Notes under the pieces: model-generated
The model's input: only the letters and a program-made list of their open reading frames with translations
Told to the model about the DNA's origin: nothing
Database searches by the model: none
In this document: positions 1 through 8,652 of the stretch, in pieces
Layout of the letters: each line of letters begins with the position of its first letter
Numbering within the stretch: the first letter of the stretch is position 1
DNA from: Patescibacteria group bacterium
Lineage (GTDB): Bacteria; Patescibacteriota; UBA1384; 2-12-FULL-50-11
Assembly: GCA_016861245.1 (NCBI GenBank)
Contig: BOKZ01000001.1
Coordinates: forward strand, 347,382-411,381
Length of the DNA stretch: 64,000 nt
Direction: 5' to 3'
Translations under genes and position numbers: made by a program

Positions 1-58
1 ACCCCGTAGGTAGTATTTTACTACGCAACAGAGTAAAAAACTAGGCTGCAGAGACTAA

Positions 59-652
59 TTATTGCACAACTGCGAACGTTGCCACTACATTCTTAATGTC
101 GTCATGCGCAGCTTGCATTTCATCTGACCAGTCTTGGCTAGACGAGTAGGCGAAAACATAATTTCCGCTCTCCCCAAACTTCGTTCCAATTGGTCCTCCA
201 TCTGGCTCAATCTTCTTCCATTCCTCTGAAGTGTAAACTGATACAGCGAATATACTTTCATAATTTGCTGAATTCACAGTTGTCTCAGTTGTTTTGTGTG
301 GCGAGGGTAGGTTGAAATAGTAAGTAGTAAGTGCGCCAGTTGTTTCGCTTGTTTTTACTTCGTAACCTTTCCATAAATCCCCAAATTTCAGGCTGAAGCC
401 ATATTTGGAATTAATGTATGTTCGCCATGTTTCTGCATTGCTAGTTTCTTTAGCTTGATTGTTAGATTCAGTGTTGGCGCTCTTTTTTTCAACTACAGGC
501 TGTGGATTATAGTCGGCAGTTTCGGGGGTATTATTGGCGTCCCAAACTAGATAGCCAAGGATGCCGATTAAGACTAGGGAAAAAACTAGTAGTACCACCT
601 TTAAACTGACTGACGCGTGCTCGCTTGGGTTGTGAATTTCGTTGAGCTCCAT
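59..652 (-). CDS. hypothetical membrane-anchored/secreted protein (paralog A, 197 aa)
   Basis: ORF with N-terminal signal-anchor (MELNEIHNPSEHASVSLKVVLLVF..) nearly identical to the N-terminus of the adjacent ORF; C-terminal domain unrelated. Confidence 0.5.
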   Translation of the reverse strand: MELNEIHNPSEHASVSLKVVLLVFSLVLIGILGYLVWDANNTPETADYNPQPVVEKKSANTESNNQAKETSNAETWRTYINSKYGFSLKFGDLWKGYEVKTSETTGALTTYYFNLPSPHKTTETTVNSANYESIFAVSVYTSEEWKKIEPDGGPIGTKFGESGNYVFAYSSSQDWSDEMQAAHDDIKNVVATFAVVQ

Positions 653-1324
653 TTATAATACCTCCGCTTTTTCAAATAGGGTGCAGCAGGTGCAGCCGCT
701 GCCACCGTGTACTTCGTACGTTAATTTCATTATTACCGGTTTTTCGGCGGTCGAGGCGATAAATTTAGCTTGATCAGCAAGGCTCATTAATCCTCCTGTT
801 GGTTCCGGACTAGCAACGATTTTACCGCCTTCCAAACAACCGCAACCGAGCAGATAGTCAGAGCCAAGCTTGGCGTTGACGGTGTTACCTTCACCGGTAA
901 TGCCGGCTTCAATCTTTGCCTTAAAGGCGTCGTCTTTAAACTTTTTAACGGCAACGTAGGCAACATTTTTTATTATCTCTTCATCCATGCCAACGTTCTG
1001 TTCTTTGGTATGGATATAGCCACAAACAATCGTGCTAAAGTTCTCACCACCAAAGATGTCGAAGGTTTTACCCGGAATTACAGAAGCAGTGACGGTCGAG
1101 AAGTCGCAAGGGTCGGCTGAAGCTGTCTCAGCAGTGCTGTTCTGCGTTGTTGTTTCTGAGTTTTGGATTACGTTGGCGCCGTAATCGGTGTTATCTATCT
1201 CGGTATTCTGTTGATAGACTAAATACCCAAGTGTCCCGATTAATACGATCGCAAAAACCAGTAGGATCGTTTTTAAACTGACTGACGCGTGTTCGCTCGG
1301 ATTATGTATCTCGTTTAGTTGCAT
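653..1324 (-). CDS. hypothetical membrane-anchored/secreted protein (paralog B, 223 aa, Cys-rich C-terminus)
   Basis: Same conserved 35-aa N-terminal anchor as 59..652 (DNA also near-identical over the first ~60 nt); C-terminal part has GCGC and GSGCTCC cysteine clusters. Confidence 0.5.
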   Translation of the reverse strand: MQLNEIHNPSEHASVSLKTILLVFAIVLIGTLGYLVYQQNTEIDNTDYGANVIQNSETTTQNSTAETASADPCDFSTVTASVIPGKTFDIFGGENFSTIVCGYIHTKEQNVGMDEEIIKNVAYVAVKKFKDDAFKAKIEAGITGEGNTVNAKLGSDYLLGCGCLEGGKIVASPEPTGGLMSLADQAKFIASTAEKPVIMKLTYEVHGGSGCTCCTLFEKAEVL

Positions 1325-1392
1325 GTTCCCCTCTCTATGTATATTTATCCTAACAACTTTTTATCCCAGGTAAATACCGGTAAAAATGTAAA

Positions 1393-1421
1393 TTGACTGA
1401 GATAGTACGACGCCGTATACT
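1393..1421 (+). promoter_or_regulatory. sigma70-like promoter TTGACT-N17-TATACT upstream of rny
   Basis: Hexamers read directly, 17-nt spacer, ~55 nt upstream of ATG; AAAGGA RBS before start. Confidence 0.5.
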
Positions 1422-1475
1422 GGCTCAAGACAATAATTATGTATTTTCAAACTATTTTACAGAAAGGAATAACTA

Positions 1476-2963
1476 ATGACGCCAATTACCATTGGGATAC
1501 TGGCGGGTTTGGGCGGAGTGGTCGCCGGATTCGTCGTTCGTCACATTTTACTCTCAAAAACACAGGAGGACTTAGACGCGAAGGGTAAGGAACTTCTCCT
1601 TAACGCCAAAGAAGAAGCTCTTAAATTAAAAGAACAAGCCAAGAAGGAAGAAGAGGAGCGCCTTAAAGAGCTTAAGCGAACTGAAGAGCAGCTCCGCGAG
1701 CGCGAGCTTTCCGTAGAACGCCGAGCTGAGAAGCTGGACGGCGATCGTGAGACGATCGAACGAGCGAACGCAGAGCTCGAAGAAACTAAAAAAGAAATTG
1801 AAGCACTGCGACAGAAGCAGGAAAAAGAGCTAGAGAAAGTTGCTAAGTTGTCTAAAGATGACGCAAAAGAGATGCTCTTAGCTGAGATCGAGAAGGATTA
1901 CTCCGCTGATATGATTCGTAAAATCCGCTCGATGAAAGAGACGATGAAGAAGCATTGGGACGCCGAGGCGAAAGAGCTAATCACGACTGCGATCGAACGA
2001 CTCGCCACCGACATGACAGCTGAAATGACCGTCAACTCCGTGCATCTACCAAACGAAGAGATTAAAGGAAAAATTATCGGTAAAGAAGGGCGTAATATCC
2101 AAGCCTTTGAGAAAGCTACTGGCGTTGATTTAGTAATCGACGAAACTCCAGAGACAGTTCTAGTTTCGAGCTTCGATCCAGTCCGCCGAGCTGTAGCGGT
2201 AAAGGCTCTTCAAGCGTTAATTAAAGACGGGCGAATTCAGCCGGCGAAAATTGAAGAGTTGGTTAAGAAGGCCCAGGACCAAATCGAAGAAGAAATCAAA
2301 GAAGCGGGAGAAGCGGCCTTGCAAGAGGTTGGTCTCGGTGGCTTCCATCCAGAGTTGGTGCGATTGCTCGGTTCAATGAAATTCCGAACGTCGTACGGCC
2401 AGAACCAACTTGCGCACGCTGTCGAAGTAACGCACATCGCTTCGGTCTTAGCCCGTGAAGTCGGCGCTGATATCAATATCACCAAAAAAGGCGCGCTGTT
2501 GCACGATATCGGTAAGGCGATTAGCCATGAGTATCCAGGCTCACACGTCGATGCCGGTGTTGAGATCGCTCGTAAATATGGGCTCGGAGAAGCCGTTGTT
2601 CACTGTATCGAAGCTAGTCACGAAGACACTGAAGCTAAATCGGTCGAAGCGATTCTTTCGCGCACCGCTGACGCTATTTCAGCAGCACGACCTGGCGCTC
2701 GTCGCGAATCGACCGAACAGTATATTAAGCGAATGACTGAGCTCGAAAACGTTGCTAACTCGTTCCCAGGCGTTCAGAAATCGTTTGCCATTCAAGCTGG
2801 TCGTGAAGTTCGCGTACTCGTTAAGCCAGAGATGATCGACGACCTGACAGCGATGAAACTAGCACGTGAGATTGCTAATAAAGTTGAGGCCGATCTTCAG
2901 TATCCTGGAACCGTTAAGGTCAACGTTATTCGTGAGACGCGCTTTGCCGAGGTTGCTCGCTAA
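1476..2963 (+). CDS. rny: ribonuclease Y
   Basis: 495 aa; N-terminal TM helix, coiled-coil region, KH domain (IIGKEGRNIQAFEKATGVDL), HD domain (LLHDIGKA..H). Confidence 0.93.
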   Translation: MTPITIGILAGLGGVVAGFVVRHILLSKTQEDLDAKGKELLLNAKEEALKLKEQAKKEEEERLKELKRTEEQLRERELSVERRAEKLDGDRETIERANAELEETKKEIEALRQKQEKELEKVAKLSKDDAKEMLLAEIEKDYSADMIRKIRSMKETMKKHWDAEAKELITTAIERLATDMTAEMTVNSVHLPNEEIKGKIIGKEGRNIQAFEKATGVDLVIDETPETVLVSSFDPVRRAVAVKALQALIKDGRIQPAKIEELVKKAQDQIEEEIKEAGEAALQEVGLGGFHPELVRLLGSMKFRTSYGQNQLAHAVEVTHIASVLAREVGADINITKKGALLHDIGKAISHEYPGSHVDAGVEIARKYGLGEAVVHCIEASHEDTEAKSVEAILSRTADAISAARPGARRESTEQYIKRMTELENVANSFPGVQKSFAIQAGREVRVLVKPEMIDDLTAMKLAREIANKVEADLQYPGTVKVNVIRETRFAEVAR

Positions 2964-2990
2964 GCAAAGACGTGCCACGCTAGGAGGGTA

Positions 2991-3206
2991 ATGAATAAAG
3001 ACGACTTTGCCAAGAAGTTAGCTCAAAAGTCGCAGTTAACACCTGAACAAGCGACGTTGTTTGTTGACGCGTTTAGCACAGTTTTAGCTGATTACTTTAA
3101 AAAAGGTGAAAAAGTTGTAATCGCTGATTTCGGCAGTTTTTACGTCCGCGACGATAACACCGTTCAGTTTAACCCATCAGCCAAACTGAAAGACCTAATT
3201 GACTAG
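2991..3206 (+). CDS. HU-like DNA-binding protein, short form lacking the beta-arm (71 aa)
   Basis: Aligns to HU over the helical N-terminus (..GEKVVIADFGSFYVR) and C-terminus (VQFNPSAKLKDLI vs VPAFKAGKALKDAV) but ~19 residues of the arm (RNPQTGE.. region) are absent; stop abuts the tRNA-Arg gene so no room for extension. Confidence 0.7.
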   Translation: MNKDDFAKKLAQKSQLTPEQATLFVDAFSTVLADYFKKGEKVVIADFGSFYVRDDNTVQFNPSAKLKDLID

Positions 3207-3279
3207 TGCCCTCGGCAGGAGTTGCACCTGCGACCATTTCCTTAGGACGGAACTGCTCTATCTACTGAGCTACGAGGGC
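3207..3279 (-). tRNA. tRNA-Arg(CCT): tRNA-Arg (anticodon CCT)
   Basis: Cloverleaf on minus strand: acceptor GCCCTCG/CGAGGGC, D-arm GCTC..GAGC, anticodon loop GTCCTAA, T-arm GCAGG-TGCAACT-CCTGC; anticodon stem has one G.A mismatch, so assignment moderately confident; no CCA encoded. Confidence 0.6.
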
Positions 3280-3302
3280 GTAATTGTATTGTAAAAGAAA
3301 TG

Positions 3303-3322
3303 GCGGGCTTGCGCCCGCCGCG
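3303..3322 (-). terminator. GC-rich hairpin (GGCGGGC-TTGC-GCCCGCC) with T-tract on minus strand
   Basis: Perfect 7-bp GC stem immediately after stop of minus ORF 3325..3600, followed on minus strand by TTTCTTTTAC. Confidence 0.5.
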
Positions 3323-3324
3323 GA

Positions 3325-3600
3325 TCAGACCAGTTCGGCTCTGCCGACCGGGCAGCATGTTTTCGCCCGAAGGTTAATTGCGACAATCTGGCCGCACCTG
3401 CAGCGGAAGACGGTGTCGTTCGGTCCAACTTGGCCGAGCGTCAGCGCGCCTGGGATTCTTGCAACTTCCTCGGGGTCGAGCTTCTGATACTGGTCGGGTT
3501 CTTCTTCCATACAGTTCGGACAACGAACCAATGTTTGCCTCCATGGCACGCTCGTGGTCGAGCGTTGGAACAGAGTACAGAATCCGTTAGAATACGTCAA
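3325..3600 (-). CDS. small zinc-ribbon protein (CPNC...CRCG), GC-rich; TTG start or shorter internal ATG start
   Basis: 91-codon ORF between tRNA genes, 4 Cys in CxxC/CxC arrangement, own terminator; start codon TTG with weak RBS so gene model uncertain. Confidence 0.35.
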   Translation of the reverse strand: MTYSNGFCTLFQRSTTSVPWRQTLVRCPNCMEEEPDQYQKLDPEEVARIPGALTLGQVGPNDTVFRCRCGQIVAINLRAKTCCPVGRAELV

Positions 3601-3619
3601 GGCATCCGGGTGTTAATTT

Positions 3620-3693
3620 CGGAGTGTAGCTCAGTTGGTAGAGCACATGGCTGGGGGTCATGAGGTCGCTGGTTCGAGCCCAGTCACTCCGAC
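3620..3693 (+). tRNA. tRNA-Pro(GGG): tRNA-Pro (anticodon GGG)
   Basis: Acceptor CGGAGTG/CACTCCG, D-arm GCTCAGTTGGTAGAGC, anticodon stem CATGG/TCATG loop CTGGGGG, T-arm GCTGG-TTCGAGC-CCAGT. Confidence 0.75.
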
Positions 3694-3698
3694 CGTTG

Positions 3699-3771
3699 CG
3701 GGTTGTGGCGCAGTTGGTAGCGCGCGTCGTTCGGGACGACGAGGTCGGCGGTTCAAGTCCGCCCAACCCGA
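3699..3771 (+). tRNA. tRNA-Pro(CGG): tRNA-Pro (anticodon CGG)
   Basis: Acceptor CGGGTTG/CAACCCG, anticodon stem CGTCG/CGACG loop TTCGGGA, T-arm GGCGG-TTCAAGT-CCGCC. Confidence 0.75.
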
Positions 3772-3807
3772 CAAACTGTTTGACGAAACGGTATAATCTT
3801 TTACACT

Positions 3808-4848
3808 GTGTCTATGGTTCAGAAGATAGATATTAGTACCTCGACGTTACTGCGTTTTATTCTACTTCTACTTGGAATTTGGTTTATTTATTTAATTCGC
3901 GACGTTTTAGTCCTTCTATTTCTCGTGATCATTATTGTTGCCGGGCTTTCACCAACCGTTGAACGCTGGAGCCGCGTTATCACTAGACCCGGCGCGGTAA
4001 TCTCAGTGTTTGTGCTTATTTTCCTGGGATTGGGTTTAATTTCGCTACTGTTAATCCCACCGTTCGTTGAGCAGCTTAAACAATTCAGTGCTAATTTACC
4101 GACCTACGCCGATCAGCTAAGTAATAGCGAGCAAACAGGCTTTATTAACGACGCTATTAATTTAATCGCTAAAAATATCGAGAGTCTTTCCGGTCAATTG
4201 AGCGACTTTGGCGGGACGCTTCTAACTCGAACACTCGGATTAGTAAACGGCTTAGTGGCATTTGTGACCGTACTAGTGTTAACCTTCTACTTGCTTATTG
4301 AAGAAGAAGGCGTCAAAAAGATGTACCGCGGTATGATTCCAGGCAACTGGCACGGGGCGCTGGCTGAGACCACTAGAAAAATTGCGGGCAAATTGGGTGC
4401 ATGGCTACGCGGCCAGCTCTATATGATGGCGATTATCGGATTTGCAGTGACGGTCGGCTTGCTAATTATTGGTTCGCCGTATGCGTTAACACTCGGTGTA
4501 TGGGCCGGCTTAACCGAAGTAATTCCGATCGTCGGTCCGTGGCTTGGAGCAGTGCCGGGCGTCGCCGTTGGCTTAGCTGAGTCACCGCTTCAGGGATTCT
4601 TAGCGTTGTTAGTTTACACAGTTATTCAACAGCTAGAGGGTAATATTTTGGTGCCAAAAATCATGTCCAAGGCTGTTGGTTTGAACCCGGTTATTGTTAT
4701 TATCGCGATTCTAATTGGCGGTAAACTCTACGGCCTACTTGGTGTTCTACTCTCGGTACCGCTTGCAGCAGCGATTAGCGTAATTGCTGAGGACTGGGAA
4801 GTAATTAAAGACACGTTTCTACCAGACACTGCCAGACGTCGAGCGTAA
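3808..4848 (+). CDS. AI-2E family (PerM/UPF0118) membrane transporter
   Basis: 346 aa polytopic membrane protein with the conserved C-terminal QQLEGNILVPKIM..GG..G.LLSVPL motif. Confidence 0.8.
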   Translation: MSMVQKIDISTSTLLRFILLLLGIWFIYLIRDVLVLLFLVIIIVAGLSPTVERWSRVITRPGAVISVFVLIFLGLGLISLLLIPPFVEQLKQFSANLPTYADQLSNSEQTGFINDAINLIAKNIESLSGQLSDFGGTLLTRTLGLVNGLVAFVTVLVLTFYLLIEEEGVKKMYRGMIPGNWHGALAETTRKIAGKLGAWLRGQLYMMAIIGFAVTVGLLIIGSPYALTLGVWAGLTEVIPIVGPWLGAVPGVAVGLAESPLQGFLALLVYTVIQQLEGNILVPKIMSKAVGLNPVIVIIAILIGGKLYGLLGVLLSVPLAAAISVIAEDWEVIKDTFLPDTARRRA

Positions 4849-4853
4849 CACGT

Positions 4854-5993
4854 ATGAAAGTAGTGGTTTGCTCACTAACCTACCCGCTCCCAAACGGAGT
4901 TACTAGCTCAATTAACGAAAGTGTTGACGGATTAATCGCGTCTGGTCATCAGGTGAGGATTATCGCTCCAGACTACGGTAAGGGCAAGGCGCGTCCAGAG
5001 CACTTTCCCGTTTCCTCCTCGGTGTTTGGCAGGGCGCTCGTTCGGTTCTTCGGCAAAAAAGAACGAATGTTCGGACTAGGCGCTGCCGCTGAAATTAAAG
5101 CGATCGTTGACGAGTTTGAGCCAGACGTTTTTTGGCTACACACCGTCAGCTGGGCACAGAATGCCTTTGAAAAGATTATGCTCGAGAGCCAATCCCGGAA
5201 GGTGTTAACGTATCACACAATGTTGGATATGTATGGGAGACTGTATTTGGGCAAACTTGGTGAGCAGGCGATGATACTACGCTCGAAAGAAGTAGCAAAC
5301 AGCGTCGACGCTGTGATTACTCCGAGTGAGTATATGAAATCGAAGCTCGTTGGCTGGGGCGTAAAAACGCCGATTAGCGTTGTAGCAACAGGGATTACTG
5401 AGCCAAAAACCAAATTGTCGCACAGCGAGTTAACGAAGAAATTTCGTTTACCGTCCAACGCCAAGGTTATGCTTTACGTCGGCCGTGTTGTAAAAGAGAA
5501 GAATATCAGCGCTCTTATTAGTATGACTAAAAAGGTCGTTAGAAAAGAGCCAAGCGCAGTTTTGGTTCTTATCGGGCCAGGTGATATTGCTGAGACGCTT
5601 GCAGAAGCGGACCGTCTGGGAATCGGTGGCCACGTAGTCTGCCCAGGGCAACTGCCACTCGAAGACGCGAAAGCCTGCTATGCTGGCGCTGACGTGTTTG
5701 TCTTCGCTTCACAGTCGGAGACACAGGGTTTGGTGATCGGTGAGGCTATGATTTCTAATACCCCAGTTGTAGCGCTGCGATCGCCGATCCAAGCTGAGGT
5801 TTATCCGGAAGATGTAGCTCGAGTTGCAGATAGTACGAACGAATTAGCCTCGATGGTTGTTGAAGTCTTAAACGACGAACCGTCGCGTAAAGACCTAACC
5901 AAACGCGCCAAAGACTACGTAACTAGCAACTTTTCAAAGGAAGTAATGCTGCAAAAACAGTTGAACGCACTAACTGTTCCGGTAAAAGTTTAA
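4854..5993 (+). CDS. glycosyltransferase family 4 (GT-B, group 1)
   Basis: 379 aa; C-terminal GT1 domain with E-x7-E motif (ETQGLVIGEAM) and GRVVKEKN nucleotide-sugar binding region. Confidence 0.8.
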   Translation: MKVVVCSLTYPLPNGVTSSINESVDGLIASGHQVRIIAPDYGKGKARPEHFPVSSSVFGRALVRFFGKKERMFGLGAAAEIKAIVDEFEPDVFWLHTVSWAQNAFEKIMLESQSRKVLTYHTMLDMYGRLYLGKLGEQAMILRSKEVANSVDAVITPSEYMKSKLVGWGVKTPISVVATGITEPKTKLSHSELTKKFRLPSNAKVMLYVGRVVKEKNISALISMTKKVVRKEPSAVLVLIGPGDIAETLAEADRLGIGGHVVCPGQLPLEDAKACYAGADVFVFASQSETQGLVIGEAMISNTPVVALRSPIQAEVYPEDVARVADSTNELASMVVEVLNDEPSRKDLTKRAKDYVTSNFSKEVMLQKQLNALTVPVKV

Positions 5994-5996
5994 CTG

Positions 5997-6072
5997 TGGT
6001 GGGCAGTAGAGGACTCGAACCTCTGACCCTCTCGGTGTAAACGAGATGCTCTACCAGCTGAGCTAACTGCCC
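5997..6072 (-). tRNA. tRNA-Val(TAC): tRNA-Val (anticodon TAC), CCA encoded
   Basis: Minus-strand cloverleaf GGGCAGTTAGCTCAGCTGGTAGAGC..CTCG-TTTACAC-CGAG..GGTTCGAGTCC..CTGCCCACCA. Confidence 0.8.
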
Positions 6073-6075
6073 GTG

Positions 6076-6156
6076 TGGGCGAGGTGGGACTTGAACCCAC
6101 AAGCCTTTCGGCAGCGGATTTTAAGTCCGCCGCGTATACCGTTCCGCCACTCGCCC
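6076..6156 (-). tRNA. tRNA-Leu(TAA): tRNA-Leu (anticodon TAA), long variable arm
   Basis: Minus-strand: GGGCGAGTGGCGGAA..GGCGGA-CTTAAAA-TCCGCT, variable arm GCCGAAAGGC, T-arm GTGGG-TTCAAGT-CCCAC. Confidence 0.75.
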
Positions 6157-6162
6157 GTACTA

Positions 6163-7104
6163 TTAACTACGTTTAATTTTACCTGAAAAGACGTCGTTTG
6201 TCGCGAGAAAGCCAGCCGCTTTTTTGTGTCCGCTACCGCCGAGTAACCGAGCTAACCGGCCCAAATTTATCGCCGGGTGTCGGCTGCGGAGTATCCCCCG
6301 CCAACCATTTTCTGTTTCTACGAGTACCAGAGCTACTTTTGCCTCAAGTGTTAATGCTAACAGGTTAGCAAGGCCTGCGATATCGTCGACAGTCGATTCA
6401 GCCTCTTTTAAATGAGAACTTTTAACTTGCGCTACGACGATACCAAACTTATTAATACTAATCTCTGACAAGATTCTACCCCAAAGTCGTTGTTTCGCGC
6501 GCGAGAGTTCTCGGCAGAATCCCTGGCTAATTTTATTTAATTCACCGCCGAGCCTTACGAGTTGACTCGCAGTTTTTAATGTTGCAGCTGAGGTAGTTTG
6601 ATGGTGAAAACCGCCGGTATCTGTGTAGACACCAAGCAGTAACGGCGTCGCAATATCGGGAGTAATTGGGATACGCATCTCTGTGAGTAGGCTAAACACT
6701 AACTCAGAGGTGGCGGCTGCGGACCGGTTGCTTATATGCGTTGTGGCTAATCTTTCTAAGTCTCCGCTGTTATGGTGGTCGATAACGATCAGCGTTTTTT
6801 TGTTCTTGCGCAATCGCTCGATCTGTTTCGAAAAACCGGTTCGGTGTAACTCGGCGCAGTCAACGATAACGTAGACGTCTGCTGTCGTTGGTAATAACGG
6901 TCGGGTTTCGATCGGTCCTAGTATTGAAGTAAACACCGACGGTACGGTGCTACTTGAGATTATTTCGACTTGCGAGTGCTTACTAAGAGCTCGTTGCAAA
7001 GCAACGGCGCTACCGATTGCATCGCCGTCAGGACGATGATGAACAATTACGCAAATTGAGGCAGCCGTACGCAGGATAGTCGATGCGCTCTCGGCCGGGC
7101 TCAT
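6163..7104 (-). CDS. nrnA: DHH-family phosphoesterase (NrnA-like oligoribonuclease/pAp phosphatase)
   Basis: 313 aa; DHH motifs (HHRPDGDAIGS, DHH at VIDHHNSG) and GGGH near C-terminus. Confidence 0.75.
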   Translation of the reverse strand: MSPAESASTILRTAASICVIVHHRPDGDAIGSAVALQRALSKHSQVEIISSSTVPSVFTSILGPIETRPLLPTTADVYVIVDCAELHRTGFSKQIERLRKNKKTLIVIDHHNSGDLERLATTHISNRSAAATSELVFSLLTEMRIPITPDIATPLLLGVYTDTGGFHHQTTSAATLKTASQLVRLGGELNKISQGFCRELSRAKQRLWGRILSEISINKFGIVVAQVKSSHLKEAESTVDDIAGLANLLALTLEAKVALVLVETENGWRGILRSRHPAINLGRLARLLGGSGHKKAAGFLATNDVFSGKIKRS

Positions 7105-7565
7105 CCGATTTGGTAAAAGTCTCGACCCTCCACCGGCAGCGTCTGCTCGGATAATTTAACTAACGGAACTTGTTGAACTTTCATCGCTGCAGTCAACGAC
7201 TCATCGATCGTGGTATTGCTACTAGCGATAATTACTGTCGGATCGTACGCTTCAAGTAGCTCCGAAATCGAATCCTTATTTAGCTGAGTAACTTCGGTAC
7301 CGATAATAACTACGTCCGCGGATGCAAACTGACTTTTATCAAAAATCTTCGGGGATTCGGTCGAGAAAACGTAAACAGCTTGAAGTCGTTCCCAAACTAA
7401 GAGCGCTGCCCGTTCGCCGTAGACAACTTCTACGCCTTCGGCCTCGTATTCTCCTGGCGATACAATCGTTTGTTGCTGTACTATGATATTCGAGCCCTCG
7501 AGTACAGCGGTAGTTTTCTTATCGGTAATCTCGTACTTGTTGGCGTTAAGCTTAATCTGAAGCAT
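7101..7565 (-). CDS. hypothetical protein (154 aa)
   Basis: ORF tightly packed between rpsA and nrnA with 4-nt overlap; no recognisable motif. Confidence 0.45.
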   Translation of the reverse strand: MLQIKLNANKYEITDKKTTAVLEGSNIIVQQQTIVSPGEYEAEGVEVVYGERAALLVWERLQAVYVFSTESPKIFDKSQFASADVVIIGTEVTQLNKDSISELLEAYDPTVIIASSNTTIDESLTAAMKVQQVPLVKLSEQTLPVEGRDFYQIG

Positions 7566-7570
7566 CAGAT

Positions 7571-8638
7571 CTAGGCGTCAGTGAGCTTTAGTGAGATTTT
7601 TCGAAGCTCGGGTTCGATCGAAATAACTTCAAAGGTGTAGGATTTACCTTCTTGAACGATCTCTTCCGGCTTGCGACCTTCGCCCATTTGAGAGACATGG
7701 AAGAGACCCTCGAGACTTTCGGAGAGTTTAACGAATGCGCCGTACGGTGTAACACGAGTTACTTCGCCCTCAACTTTACCGCCCACTTCGAGCGTTTTTA
7801 CCTCAATCTGCCACGGATCTGGCTGTAGTTTCTTAATCGAGAGCGAGACGCGACCGCCATCAACGTTTACGATCTCGGCTTCGATCTCCTGACCGACGTG
7901 GAAGTGGTCTTTTAGGTTATTAATTCGTTGCCATGAAACTTGCGAGATATGAATTAATCCCTCAAGTTCACCGATATTCACGAATAAGCCGAAATCAACA
8001 ATACCGGTAATTTTGCCGGTCACTTTTTGACCGACCTGGTAATCTTTAGCCTTCTCTTCAAGGTCGGCATCACCAGCGGCTTTTTCGGAAAAGACGATCT
8101 TGTTCGTTGGCTTATCGTAACTGATGATTTTAACTGGAATTGATTGCCCGATTAGTTCAGAAAGTTTCTGCTGAATCTTTGATCGGTCTCCATCAACTCG
8201 CGGGTAGTGTTTAAACGACAACTGTGAAACCGGGATGAATCCTTGCATGTTGCCGTACTCAGCAACGAGACCGCCCTTATTAGCTTGAATAACTTTAACA
8301 GTTATAATCTCGCCAGCGGTGTTACGCTGCTCGAGCATACTCCAGAGACGCTCTTTTTCGGCGCGCTTTAGCGACATAATCGCGTAGCCGTTATCGTTCT
8401 CGGCGTTCAAAATGTAAGCACGAACGGTGTCGCCAGCTTTCAATTTTGCTGCTTGGGCGGAGAACTCTTTTTCGGGGATGATACCAGTTGCGACACCGGC
8501 GACATCAACCATGATGCTCTCCTTCGACGTAGATAGTACGGTCACATCAAGAACATCGCCCTGTACAAACGGAACGAGCTTGTCACCCATGAGCTCAACG
8601 AGCTCGGCCATGGTGCGCGGGTTGGTAGTAGTAGACAT
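7571..8638 (-). CDS. rpsA: 30S ribosomal protein S1 (short, 4 S1 domains)
   Basis: 355 aa with repeated S1 OB-fold signatures (GxV.G.V..I..FG.FV..G...GL.H.S). Confidence 0.85.
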   Translation of the reverse strand: MSTTTNPRTMAELVELMGDKLVPFVQGDVLDVTVLSTSKESIMVDVAGVATGIIPEKEFSAQAAKLKAGDTVRAYILNAENDNGYAIMSLKRAEKERLWSMLEQRNTAGEIITVKVIQANKGGLVAEYGNMQGFIPVSQLSFKHYPRVDGDRSKIQQKLSELIGQSIPVKIISYDKPTNKIVFSEKAAGDADLEEKAKDYQVGQKVTGKITGIVDFGLFVNIGELEGLIHISQVSWQRINNLKDHFHVGQEIEAEIVNVDGGRVSLSIKKLQPDPWQIEVKTLEVGGKVEGEVTRVTPYGAFVKLSESLEGLFHVSQMGEGRKPEEIVQEGKSYTFEVISIEPELRKISLKLTDA

Positions 8639-8652
8639 AAACTAAAAAATCC

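Noticed and set aside
31-58. GTAGTA-TTT-TACTAC hairpin after the first minus-strand gene
   Set aside because: Short AT-rich stem without a T-tract on the relevant strand; weak as a terminator.
2237-2736. ORFs antisense or out of frame within rny
   Set aside because: Embedded in the rny coding frame with no independent signals.
3284-3663. Three + strand ORFs (67-77 aa) in the GC-rich tRNA spacer
   Set aside because: Arise from high GC, overlap each other and the tRNA-Pro gene; no motifs.
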